DNA from: Octopus sinensis | Lineage: Eukaryota | DNA: 64,000 nt | Direction of reading: 5' to 3' | NCBI RefSeq assembly: GCF_006345805.1 | Contig: NC_043005.1 | Span: forward strand, 682,001 to 746,000 | Part shown: in pieces, positions 46,130 to 58,349 of the stretch | Layout: every line of letters starts with the position of its first letter | Numbering within the stretch: the stretch's first letter is position 1 | Program-made: the position numbers and the translations under genes | Notes under the pieces: model-generated | What the model was told of the DNA's origin: nothing | The model's input: only the letters and a program-made list of their open reading frames with translations | Databases searched by the model: none

Positions 46130-48950
46130 TAAAATGAGAAAGGAGAGTTAAAAAATTAAAGATTAAAAGTTAACATGGAGATAAAGGAAAGTCAAGTAAG
46201 GTTGTTAGGGATTACCTAAGGGGTGTTGTGGATATATGCTGTGTGGTTATTTAGGTTGAATTTAGATTTGTGGTAACATTCGAAGGTATGAAAAAAAGCG
46301 GTGGTTGTATGTACTTAGGGCCTCATTATATTTATTTAGTAGTGTCAAGGAGTTGTGTTTTAATATGTTGAATGCCTCTTTTAGGCATAACTTACAGGCT
46401 AATCGTTGACCTTGGTATGGAAGCGCCGAATCTATTATAGACCATGACAAAATGTAGGGAATATTTCTATTTTTGAGATGATGTATGTGACAGGCGAGTG
46501 TTGTGGATTTACTGTGTTTCTCGAATCTAAAAGAATTGAGATGAGTGACATATCACTGTTTAAAATTTTTGGTTGATCCTATATATAGCTGTAGAATTGT
46601 GTAATGTGTTGAGGACTGTGCATTTATAAATTACATTAGATCTTCTACAACGGATTTGCAGAGGGCAGATGGACCCAGGACGGCAGTTATAAATTGGTGT
46701 ATTTTGGGGATTATTTTCAGGAATGGGGGAGGTGACGCTGTCAGAGGAGAGGTTAGAGATGGGAGTAGAAAGGTCTAAGTTATTACTATTATTATTACTA
46801 TTATAGTTATTATTGCTATCGTTGTTGTTAATTATTCTATCTGTAAGGATGGTGGAAGTTGTGGTAGTATTCTGGATAGTGTTAGTAGGATATTTTGGGT
46901 TACGATTGTGGTCTAACGTGCAGGGTTCAATGCTGGAGCTATGTATATGTTGGCACTTGTGTATTTAGAATTGTTATAGTGTGAGCTTTGATAGTATAGA
47001 GAAAGCTTTTGTTTATTAGAGGCTGCTATGTTAGACTCGAAGTTGAGAGGGGTGGACTTGGATAGCTTCAGTGTAGATCTATTTAAGATAGAGTAATATT
47101 TATGTTGACGATTGAAGTTGGAGTCTAGTATATTAAAGAAGGATTTAACTAAGTTCTTAACGTTTAGTGAGGAGGGGTGTATACCATAGAACAGAGCGTC
47201 TACCACCTTTTGTGGGTGCTTTTTGGTAGTGCAAACTATATTTTTGGAAAATGGATGGGGGTAGCATGGCCCGTTGTTAGCTGCTGTAGCTGTTTTAGCT
47301 TTTGACCTAGTGTTATGTGTGTGTTAGGTCTAGGTTGTCTTAATAGGGTTCTCCCGAGGTTCTATCATAGTGTGTGTGTGTAGTCTGTTGTGATTCTGAT
47401 GGTTGGTGTGTTGTTGCGATGTGATTTGAGATATAAGTTGCTTGAGGCCTAGTATTAGGGATGTATTTTATTTGTTAGGAGAAGCCGTTGGTAGCGAGCG
47501 CTTGGTTGTAATATGGTGGTTGGTTATTAAATATTTCCTCATTGTAAGAGGTCAGATATACGGATCGAGATACCGTTGAATATGTTATCAAAGGTAGATT
47601 TGTAGCGATTGGAATGAATGTTTAAGTATTTAAGGTATTGGTTAGGTTTGTGATAAGGGGAGTATTGGGAGGTTTCTAAGTTTAAAGTTACGTCTAAAAA
47701 GTTAGTAGTTTTGTGGGAATTTTCAAATGTAATAGGTTTAGGCTAGAAATAAATTTGCGTGGATCTTTTCTAGTTCGCTCTAAAGAGGATTTATTTTCGG
47801 TCTTGGTAACTAGCAAGGCGTCATCTCCGTAGAGGCCTCCGTTGAGGTTAGGGAAGTGCATTTGGGACTGCTGGAATATGTATAGGTCAAAGAGGGCGGT
47901 GACCTGAGCGGAGTCGGATGATCCTATGGTATTGTCAGATAAATTGCTATGGTTATTGGTATTGTTATGGTGATTGGCTCGGCACTAGAGTTTGTCCTCA
48001 AAAGAAATAAGAGTTTTGTAGGCATTAAGGATTATGTTAATTTCTAGTGGGTAGGAGTTAGTTAGATTTCTAGCAAGAAGGAGAGCTTGATTAAGAAGTT
48101 TGGGAGAAATAGAAGAATAATAATTTATATCGAATTGTAGGAAAGAATAAGAGTGTTTTATTTTTTAAAGATGGAACCATGTTATAACTTCACCTGTACA
48201 GGACCAAAAGTTATTGTTTTATCTCTCCTTGACGACTGGTATTATTTTATCCAAAATATTTTCTCTTATTCTTCCCAGGTTGGATTTGGTGGGACATACG
48301 AGGCGTATCGATGGTTTGCTTATAAAGTCCTTCGTATGATCTTTGAGGTTGAAGCATGCAGGTGTAGGGCAGTATGGTTCTGTGCGGTCATCCACGTGTA
48401 ATTTCTTCTTAAGTTTGCAATGGTTGGTGTTGATGTCATCAAGGGCGGATATTGGTACCAGCTTGTAAGATTTGTAAAGTTCCTTCTTTAAGAATTTGTT
48501 GTATTCCTCGGTGGTAATAGGATCCATATTTCACGTTTTATTCAAGAGGACTGTAATTTAGGGGATGAATCGATTCGTTTTATGATTTGTGAAAGTTGTT
48601 TTTGAAAGGGAGATTTATATATGAAGAAATTAATATAAAGCATATCTGCTTCAAATTTGTCCAGTTGGGGATTGTGTGGAGGGTGTTTATATAAGGTTGT
48701 ATGTGTTGGTGTTACTATGGCTTCGATATTTTTGCTTGTCGTGGAAGAAAGCTTTCCATCGCATTCTTCGGATGAGGTCCTTAGTTTTGGTGAGAAGGAG
48801 TAAGGGGAAAGTCTTTTTGTGAAGGAAGAAGTATGTCCTTAAGAGAGATGCCAAGGAAATGTTTATCCATTACCTGTAATAAATGCTTGTATTAGTGAGG
48901 AAGCGAGGGTATGTGGGGTATCTAGAAGACCCAAAGAGTGGAAGGTTACG
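46130..48950 (-). mobile_element. Near full-length degraded Penelope-like element (PLE-3)
   Basis: ATG at 48870, SLKDILLPS...RRMRWKAFF N-terminal motif; KDH...KPSIRLVCPTKS; TIGSSDSAQV; GGLYGDD (~47820-47840); TFLDVTL...PYHKP; C-terminal CKLCLKEAFNIL...LLNK. End coordinates approximate. Confidence 0.8.
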
Positions 48951-48954
48951 CTAA

Positions 48955-49510
48955 GTGCTTGGTCGACCCAAAACTGCAGTAGAAGACACTTCCCCAAGGT
49001 GCCATGCAGTGGGACAGAACTCGGAACCAGGTGGTTAGGAAGCAAGCTTCTTGTCTCACACACACACAGACACACACACATGTTTGTATTATGCTTTCTC
49101 GCTTCAGTCACTAGAATGCGACCATGGTGGAGCAACGTTTTTTTTTAAGCTTGGTACTCATTCTATCGTCCCTCACGCCAACCCAATAAGTTACAGGGAC
49201 GTAAACACACCACCACCGGTTGTCAATTGATGGTGGAGGACAAACACTAGCACAAAGACACACACACACACGCGCATGCATACGCACACACACGTGTGCA
49301 CACAGACATATACATATATGCACACACGCACACACTAACACAAACGCACACACGTTGAGCTTTTGTCAGTTTCCGTCTACCAAATCCACTCACTAGGCCT
49401 TGGTCCGCCCAAGGCTGCAGTAGAAGACACTTGACCAAGGTGCCACGCAATGGGACTGAACCCGGAACCAGGTGGTAAGTAGGCAAGCTACTTACCACAC
49501 AACCACGCAC
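48955..49510 (-). mobile_element. Two tRNA-derived SINE copies (5' fragment 48955-49060; longer copy 49110-49510)
   Basis: Minus strand GTGGTAAGTAGCTTG...GGGTTCAGTCCCATTGCGTGGCACCTTGG, same family as 57776-58200. Confidence 0.85.
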
Positions 49511-49716
49511 GTAGACTCGAATCCTCTCCTACGACACTTATTTCACGGTTGACTGATAACAGCGACGCGAAAACAGATTTCACCTTAAATTCCCGTTTGA
49601 CAGAATAGGTTTAAGATATTCACTTTCTAGTTGAGCGACACACACACAAACTTACACACACACATACATACATACATACATACATACATACACACACATA
49701 CATACATACATACATA

Positions 49717-50092
49717 CCTTTGTTCTCTTGAAAAACGCCGCCGCCGTGGTGATCTCATTCTCGCCTAGAACATCATAAGCGGGAAGTGTAACCTCTCGAA
49801 AGAGCTGTTCTTCACTCCTGCTCCGGAGCGTCGGCTGCGGGGTCATTCCGAAAAGCTCTACCTGCGACGATTTCATCTCAATCGAAGGAGAGGAGCTTTC
49901 TCCGTCCGGGTGCGGATCCGTGGAACAAGCTGCCAGACGAGATGGTCAAGATGCCGACGACCGCTTTGTTCAAAGCCTCCCTGGACCTCAAGTGGCCTGA
50001 ATCCTTACATGAACACCACCCTGTACTTAACACCATGTCCCCCTACATGGCCTTGCTATTTGCTTTTGAGCCAAATTAACTAACTAACTAAC
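49717..50092 (+). mobile_element. 3' end of a CR1-clade LINE with a (TAAC)n tail
   Basis: LFSLEKRRRRGDLI...LRGHSEKL...FSVR...WNKLP...FKASLD. Confidence 0.85.
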
Positions 50093-50981
50093 ATACATAC
50101 ATACATACATACAACATAATACATACATACATACATACATACATACATACATACATACATACACATACATACATACATACACACACATACATACATACAT
50201 ATATACATACACAAACTTACACACATACATACATACATATATACATACATACATACATACTACATACACACACATACATACATACATACACACACAACTT
50301 ACACACATACAGATATACACATACATACATACATACATACACACACATACATACATACACAAATACACACTACATACTACAAAGATACACAAACATACAT
50401 ACAAAAAAATACATAATGCATACATACTACATACATACATACATACATACATACATTACATACATACATACATACAAACATACATACATACTACATCCAT
50501 ACATGCATACATACATACATGCATACATACATACATACATACATACATACATACATACATACATACATACATACATACATACATGCTGCTACACACGCAC
50601 ACACCATTCATGCTGTACGTGCTGTTACACGCACGCACACACCCGTGTACATGAAAACAAACATGTTTTGTATAATCTTACTAAAATGGCGCACCTTGTA
50701 AATTTTTCTCGTTAAAAGGAAAATATCGAGGCGACAACCAAAGCCAGGAATGTCTTTATTATTTCGATATCACAATAAAGAAACAATTAACTCTTTAGTA
50801 TTTACCCTTTGGAAAGATTTTTTTTAAATTTATATAATATATGTAACAAGGAAGTTAAATATCTCTTTTTAAATGTCATTATATCTATCTATCTATTTAT
50901 CTATCTATCTATTACTATATCAGTCTGTCTGTCTATCTATGTCTGTCTGCTTATCTGTCTATTTATCTTTCTATCTATATC

Positions 50982-52110
50982 TACGAGGATTAGCTGAAGA
51001 GTTCAAGACTGATCAAGATGGTCTCATGGAATGTGACCAATGAGGTGGTATTTTTCAAGATGTCCTCCTTGCAGTCTACACACTTTCTTCCATCGGCGTT
51101 GCAGTGCTTGGATCTCTTGGTTGAGAAGCTTTCATCCGACTGGTAAAAAAAAATGTCATCAACAGCAGATATGATGTCATCAACGTTGCGATACTGGTTC
51201 CGAGGCAAGTGTTTTATCAGATGAAAGTCAGATGGGATCCAAATGATAGAATGAGGATGGAGAGAGTGGTCAATCAGTTCAAAGCCACAATGACGCATAG
51301 CAGCCAATGAAACCAAAGACTTATGTGCTGGAGTATTGTCGTGATGAAACAAGACCACTTTCACCAGTTTTTTTGAGTATTTAGCGTTGATAGTGTTTCG
51401 TAACTGCCGCATCAAGCTTCCACAGTACTCTCCATTGATAGTGTGGTCCTTTTGAAGATAGTCAATAAACACAATATCTTTTTGCATCAAAAAGCTGAGG
51501 CCATCACATTCCATGCGGTTGAAAGGATCGTGACCTTTTTTGCAGCAGGTAAGGAGGGGTGTTTCCACTGCATGGACTGTCTCTCAAAGTGATGAACTCA
51601 ACACTCATTTTGGGTTAGGAAACATTCAAGGAAAACAGCTGGGTCTGCCTCAAACAATCACAGATATCCCCATAATATGATCCACTTGGTGTCCATTTGA
51701 TCAATAAACACAATATCTTTTTGCATCAAAAAGCTGAGGCCATCACATTCCATGCGGTTGAAAGGATCGTGACCTTTTTTGCAGCAGGTAAGGAGGGGTG
51801 TTTCCACTGCATGGACTGTCTCTCAAAGTGATGAACTCAACACTCATTTTGGGTTAGGAAACATTCAAGGAAAACAGCTGGGTCTGCCTCAAACAATCAC
51901 AGATATCCCCATAATATGATCCACTTGGTGTCCATTTGATCAGTTGTTAGAAGACTTGGTAGTACTTACCAAGCAGAAACCATCGTCATGCTAAGTTCAT
52001 TGAGCTGAATATTCTCAAATCTCTCACGGGATATGTTAGTAGCACTGGTGCAGCCTCCTGGCTTGCCAGACCTCAGTCAAACCGTCCAATCCATGTCAGC
52101 ATAGAAAACA
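50982..52110 (-). mobile_element. Mariner transposon remnant with one TIR
   Basis: VHHF...QSMQWKH, HHDNTPAH and PSDFHL motifs; TA plus TIR-like CGAGGATTAGCTGAAGAGTTC at 50982; no second TIR seen. Confidence 0.8.
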
Positions 52111-52146
52111 GATGTTATATGATGATGATATATATATATATATAAT

Positions 52147-52210
<64 letters not shown>

Positions 52211-52327
52211 AATATATATATATATAATATAATATTATATATATACTATATACCATTATATACTATATATATATATATTATATATAATATCTATATATAT
52301 TATATAATATATATATATATATATATA

Positions 52328-52366
<39 letters not shown>

Positions 52367-52368
52367 AA

Positions 52369-54651
52369 TTACAAAAAACACCTTTTATCAATTCAAAATG
52401 AACAATTAAATTACACCATCTAGAAATTACATATAATAGAAATATTAAAAATTAATAACATAATATACCAATGGTTAAGTAAATTGCAAAATAATAATAA
52501 AAACGTATATATTTGGTAGAATAGCGACACGTGTTTCGTGGCTATATTTAAGAAATGATTATAATTAAAAAAATTAATAGTAGTAGTAAAATCACTTCGA
52601 TATAAATATAGCCACTCATCAGGTAAAAAAATAAACTAGAATAATAAAATAATTAATTAATAAATATACGTAAAAAAATCTTTTAAAAATATAAATATAT
52701 TCTTTAATTCATTATATTCATTAATAATTTATTTTACGTCTCCACGAGTTTTATTTCTTATAAACGCTAAGAACTATTCTTTTACGTTTATATTTTCTCA
52801 ATTAACTAAGCAACGTTTTTTCTCAATTTTGTTTGGATTTTGTATTGTATTGGGATTAATAATTAATTAGTTGTTGATATTGTTATTGAATTATTAGTAG
52901 GGGTCTGTTAGTTGTAGTTGGGTGTCTTCATGATAGTTTCTCCATAAGTTGTCTTTTTTTCTTACCTTTCTTTAGTTCATCAGGCTTAAATGTTTTTCGT
53001 TTTTTTTTTTCGTATTTTTCATTGACAAAAAGATTTGCCATTTTCATTGAGAATTTATTCCATTTCTTTGCACGAAGTCTTCACGCGTTAAATTTTATGA
53101 ACGCTATTAAATATTTTTTTACGTTTAGAATCCAGTTACAATTTTCATTCGGCAAGTTAAGCTGTTTATCTATTTCATTTGGATTTTGAATCGTTTCGGG
53201 TTTGAAGTTATTATTATTATTATTGTTGTTGAAATATTATTATTTATTTATAGATTCTTGATAGTAATTTTTTACGATTTTTATTAGATATGATATCTAT
53301 TAATTTTTATAAAGGGATTTGACGTTTTACATATTATTTAATTTGAGATTTAGTTTCGTTAGACTATACATTTTTTAATAATTAGGTAATAGTTTTATTA
53401 AGTAGTATTACAGTTAAGTAAATTAGCTTTTATTTTAATTAATATTATGTTTAACTTTATTATCGTGTGAAATATTAAATCTATAGATATTACACATAGA
53501 TATTAATAAAATAGTTAGTTTATATAATGGATTTCTGTATATTTGAACTATTTCCTATTATTGATTGTATTATTCATGACTGGTAATCGCATTGGGTATA
53601 TTAATAAGACGCTAAAACATATATTTTTATACATTTAAAATCCAGATAGATTAATTTAATCGTTGAACATCGTAACAAAGTTTGTTTATCAATATTATTT
53701 GGATCATGTATTATTTTGAGTTTGATCGTTGTTATTATTATTATTGTTATTGACTGGATTTGTAGTGGACTGTCGGTTGTGGTTGAATATCTTCATAGTG
53801 TATTGTTCATTTGTTCTAATATTTTTGCACATTTCTTTAATTTAGTAAATAAGTTTCGCCATTATATCATTTTTATATATATTGATAGTTATAACTTACG
53901 ATAGATATTAATTATTATATCTATTTATTTAGATTTTTTAAAGGATCTAGCGTATTACATTTAATTTAATTTGAGAATTTATTTTGTTAGACAATATATT
54001 ATTTAATAATTAGGTGGTATATTTATTAAGTAGTATTAAATTTAAGATAATTAGGTATTATATTAAATGATATTTAGTCAACTATATTATGGAGTGATAT
54101 ATTAAATCTATAGATACTACACATATATATTAAATATATAGTTAGCTTATCTAATGAGTTTGTCTATATTTGAACCATTTCATATTTTGATTACCATATT
54201 AATGGCTTGTACTAGCATTGTGTATATTAATTAATTTTAAAGTATTGCATAATTTAAGTATTGTTTTTTTGTTTTCACTTATGTATATTTAGTATCTTAT
54301 ATATATATATATATATTAAAGAATAAATTTATATTTTAAAAGGTTTTTACGTATATTTATTAATTAATTATTTTTTTATTCTAGTTTATTTTTTACCTGA
54401 TGAGTGGCTATATTTATATCGAAGTAATTTTACTACTACTATTAATTTTTTTTATTATAATAATCATTCTTAAATATAGCCACGAAACACGTGTCGTTAA
54501 TTCTACAATATATACGTATTATTATTATTTTTGCATTTACTTAATCATTGGTATATTATGCTATTTAATTTTGATATTTCTATTACATGTAAGGTTCTAG
54601 ATGGTGTAATTTAATTGTTCATTTTGAATTGATAAAGGGTTGTTTTTGTAA
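52369..54651. mobile_element. AT-rich PLE-derived element with ~340-bp inverted termini (PLE-4)
   Basis: Arms 52369-52708 and 54314-54651, each with a hammerhead. The interior shares CCACGAG...CTTATAAACGCT with PLE-2. (TA)n flanks both sides. Confidence 0.7.
54391..54502 (+). ncRNA. Canonical-core minimal hammerhead ribozyme (mirror at 52520-52630, minus strand)
   Basis: CTGATGA at 54397-54403; 12-bp stem II GTGGCTATATTT/AAATATAGCCAC; GAAA at 54484-54487; palindromic ACACGTGT; GUC at 54493-54495. Confidence 0.8.
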
Positions 54652-55065
54652 TTTTTTATATATATAATATTATATTATATATATATACTATATATATATA
54701 TATATACATATATATATAGTATATAATATATTAACAATTGCAGCGCGGAAGGTGTTTATAAGCATTTAAGAAACACAACCACAACCGTTAGATTCACTTC
54801 ACAACTTTAACATTTAAAATTTAATTTGTCAAAATTTTTACGTCGCTTTGAGACCACGACCTGTTCACTGACAAAGCTTCGTGCAGCACGCTGCAATTGT
54901 TTTCGTTCCAGCACACGATCTCGATCAATCACTCGCTATGCAAGTACATCTCCGTAATATTATATATTATATTTTATGAAATTTGATTTAGTATTTCGAA
55001 ATTGAATTTTTCCCTGTAAGTTAAGAATAATATTCCCTCAAACAACTATACACACATATAATATA

Positions 55066-55123
<58 letters not shown>

Positions 55124-55407
55124 TCATTGAAAAAGTTACAGCCACCCAAAAAGGAGTTTGGTTGGACATTTATTTTCTGTTACCAGAAATTTGTTTCTAC
55201 ACAACGTAGCTCTCTAGGGAAAGCAGGGTACTTGGTTATTGTATTGTTTCGTTGCATTATAAGATCTAATTGTTTCCTCGGATGATATATAAATACTGTC
55301 TCCGTAAATTTAAATTCTCGACTTCAAGAGCATCCTCTCTTAAAGCCGTGAATTTAAAGAGGGTGAGGAATAGGGTGAAAGTGATAGAGTGTGTGTTTTG
55401 TATGTGT

Positions 55408-55455
<48 letters not shown>

Positions 55456-56120
55456 TGTGTCTGTGTATCTGAAAGGAGTGTCAATGGAAAAGAGAAGGAA
55501 AGAAAGAAGAGAAAAAGAAGAAAAAATTTGTTTACATCTTTACAGCTGGTCAGTTCTTTCAATAGAAAGTGATGTGTTTATTCTTGGCCTTTAAAATGGT
55601 AAAACCAGGGGGCTACTCTGAGGGGGGGGTGTCTTGATAAAAGTTATTTTTCAAAAAATTGTCTGATTTATTATCATCGTCATCTTCATTGTCCAATGAG
55701 AGAGAGAGAGAGTGTGTGTTTGTGTGTGTGTGCGTGCGTGCGTGCGTGTGTGTGTGTGCCTGTGTATCTGAAAGGAGTGTCAATGGAAAAGAGAAGGAAA
55801 GAAAGAAGAGAAAAAGAAGAAAAAAATGTGTTCATATATTTACTGCTGGTCAGTTCTTTCTTGGCCTTTAAAAATGGCAAAACCAGGTGGCTGCTCTAAG
55901 TGGAGTCTTGGTAGAAGACAAAATTGTGTTTACATCTATACAGCTGTTCATTTCTTTCAATAGAAGATGACAAGTTGGTTAATAAAAGTTATTTTTCAAA
56001 AAATTATCATCATCATCCTTGTCCAATGTTTGATTCCTCGTGCTGGTATGGGTGGAAGATCTGGATGTAAGATTGTTTCTATCTATGTATATGTATATAT
56101 GTATAGTACTGTGTGTGTGT

Positions 56121-56170
<50 letters not shown>

Positions 56171-56272
56171 AATACAAAATTAGTTTACTTACAAAATGGT
56201 CCTTCATCCAATACAAATCATTACAGAAGTAGTGATATTTCACCAGTCACAGCTATGTATATATACACAAAT

Positions 56273-56348
<76 letters not shown>

Positions 56349-56349
56349 T

Positions 56350-57541
56350 TCAAGAGGAATGAAGATAAGGAACAATTCTTTACAAAAATGAAGATATTGG
56401 GATGGGTAATAATGTACAAGGGAAAGTGTCCTGTGAAGGAACTCATGAAACAGATATGCATACAATTTCTTGTGCATTGTGAGGACATTATTATACAGAC
56501 TAAGCTAATAGTTCTAGATAGGTTTATAGGGACGTTGCTGTGCTTTTCATATTTTCAGCCATTCAGTTTGGGGGAGAACTTTGTTATGAAGTAATGTTCC
56601 ATATTTTTCCTGAAGAAGGTGTCATTCCTTGGGCATTTATAGAAGGGAAAAATCTTAAATTTTCCTTCATATACTTCTAAGTGTTTACTCAGTGGAATCT
56701 TTCGTAGTTCATCCTGTCGGACATGTTATTGGTGAATTCTGGCTCGTTGGCATAAAGAATTTCCAGTTTCGCCTATATAATTCTCCTTGCATGTGGGACA
56801 GGTTATGCAGTATATTACGTTCTGTGTCTTGCAATTGTGTGATCACTCTTAAATTTTATTTGTTTGTCTCCTTCTATATATTTGTTGATGGGGTTACTGT
56901 AGATCCCACATCTACCATCTCCACACTTTTTTACAAAGAATTCGGTTTTATTCTCTGATGAGAATTTCGCTCTTGCTAGTTATTTCTTTAAGTTTTTGTC
57001 TTGTCGTCTACTATTTTTTTATGCCATGCTTGTTTAATAGGTTTCCAATTTTGGGGCTTTGTAGGACTATTGGTAAGTTTGAATGTATGATTTGAAACAT
57101 GTTGGTAACTCCAGGGTTGTGTGTGTTTATGAAGGGGATGATGTTTTCTTTGTTTTTCTTTTTTGGAGTTCTGATTTGTGTAATGTCTAGTTTCATTGCT
57201 CTTGAGATTCCATTTTTTATTAATTTGAGTGGGTATTTCTGTTCTAGTGGGAAGGTTTTAAGTTCGTTTAGTCTTATTTGACGTGTTTGTGAGTCGGTCA
57301 CTATGCTGCATATGCGTTTTGCCATACTATATGGAATGTTTCTTTTTGTGTGGATGGGTGGCAGGAGTAGAAATTTAAATATTGGTGTGTGTCGGTTTTT
57401 TGTAGTAGATGTCTGTTGTGACGATGGAGTTGTGTATCTTGATGTTGATGTCTAGGAAGGGAAGTTCGTTGTAGCTGGTATCTATCGTGAAGTTGATAGA
57501 TGGGTGCAGTGTGTTAAAGACGTTGTGGAATGTTCGTAGAA
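56350..57541 (-). mobile_element. 5'-truncated Penelope-like element (PLE-5): RT C-terminus, thumb, GIY-YIG
   Basis: LHPSINFT...LPFLDI, YLNFYSCHP, NVIYCITCPTCKENYIGETG. Confidence 0.85.
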
Positions 57542-57608
57542 GATCTACGAACATCCAGAAGATCTACGAACATTCCACAATATCCTCAACACAGCCATGA
57601 TAATAAAG

Positions 57609-57775
57609 ATATTATACAATTTTGTACAAAATAAGCTTTTGTTCTTTTAAAATAATTGAATTTAGGACTGGTTTCGCATTGCTCAACTCTTAGTTTGATG
57701 AGCAATGCAAAACCGGTCCTTACTTCAATTATGTTAAAAGAACAAAACCTTATTTTGTACAAAATTGTATAATAT
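57609..57775. repeat. 167-bp palindrome centred on hammerhead-like cores
   Basis: ATATTATACAATTTTGTAC... pairs with ...GTACAAAATTGTATAATAT; spacer 57686-57698. Confidence 0.8.
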
Positions 57776-58200
57776 ACTCTTTTACTCTTTTACTTGTTTC
57801 AGTCATTTGACTGCGGCCATGCTGGAGCACCGCCTTTAGTCGAGCAACTCGACCCCGGGACTTATTCTTTTGTAAGCCCAGTACTTATTCTATCGGTCTC
57901 TTTTGCCGAACCGCTAAGTAATGGGGACGTAAACACACCAGCATCGGTTGCCAAGCGATGTTGGGGGGACAAACACAGACACACAAACATACACGCACAC
58001 ACACATATATATATATATATAATATATATATATATACATATATACGACGGGCTTCTTTCAGTTTCCGTCTACCAAATCCCTCACAAGGCATTGGTCGGCC
58101 CGAGGCTATAGTAGAAGACACTTGCCCAAGGTGCCACGCAGTGGGACTGAACCCGGAACCATGTGGTTTGTTAGCAAGCTACTTACCACACAGCCACTCC
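57776..58200 (-). mobile_element. Full-length tRNA-derived SINE
   Basis: A box TGGCTGTGTGG, B box GGTTCAGTCCC, internal TA/TG tract and (AGTAAAAG)n tail. Confidence 0.9.
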
Positions 58201-58271
58201 TCATGGCTCTAATATCCTCTTAAATCCTGTAAAACAATCTTCTGTGTTTTTTCATCTTCTCTCTCTCTCTT

Positions 58272-58344
<73 letters not shown>

Positions 58345-58349
<5 letters not shown>

